Source of the DNA: Podarcis tiliguerta
Lineage: Eukaryota
Assembly (NCBI GenBank): GCA_965153285.1
Contig: OZ229110.1
DNA length: 64,000 bases
Reading direction: 5' to 3' (one strand)
Below are positions 63,807 to 64,000 of the stretch, one piece after another (the stretch's first letter is position 1; each line of letters begins with the position of its first letter). The notes beneath the pieces are model-generated. The model saw only the letters and a program-made list of their open reading frames with translations, made no database searches and had not been told where the DNA came from. Made by a program: the position numbers and the translations under genes.

Positions 63807-64000
63807 AGAATATACATGTACAGTACTATATTTTTGGAATATGTGGCACCCAGATAATTAACAGCTGATCGTCACTCCTCAGCTTACTTTCAGGGTAGCA
63901 TTCTTTTCATTCCCATTGTCCTTAGGCTTAGCTTTTCTTGGCTTCAAGCTTTGTTCAGATCGCAGCTGTAAGAAGGATAAATGGAAGGGATGAAAATCAT

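Overview
Vertebrate genomic DNA, most likely a squamate and probably a lacertid lizard (inferred from Sauria SINEs and the CR1/L2/RTE/Tc1-mariner repeat content). The whole window lies inside one + strand gene, TTLL5 (tubulin polyglutamylase). I could splice 22 constitutive-looking exons into one open frame with GT-AG boundaries and consistent phases. They correspond roughly to human exons 7-28 (numbering from memory). There are also two short in-frame cassette exons, one further candidate cassette exon, a pair of in-frame tandem donors and a NAGNAG acceptor. The start and stop codons lie outside the window. Introns hold a young 5'-truncated CR1 LINE with an uninterrupted RT ORF, three Sauria SINEs, tRNA-Lys/CR1 and tRNA-Ile/CR1 chimeric SINEs, several TA-flanked MITE families and old L2/CR1/MIR-like fragments. 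The most striking item is a complete, TSD-flanked, non-coding 717-bp RTE-like retroelement (52039-52755). Its 5' end can be folded by hand into an HDV-like self-cleaving ribozyme with a structured J1/2 and an enlarged L3, and it sits in the sense orientation of a TTLL5 intron. All family assignments are by eye, without database searches.
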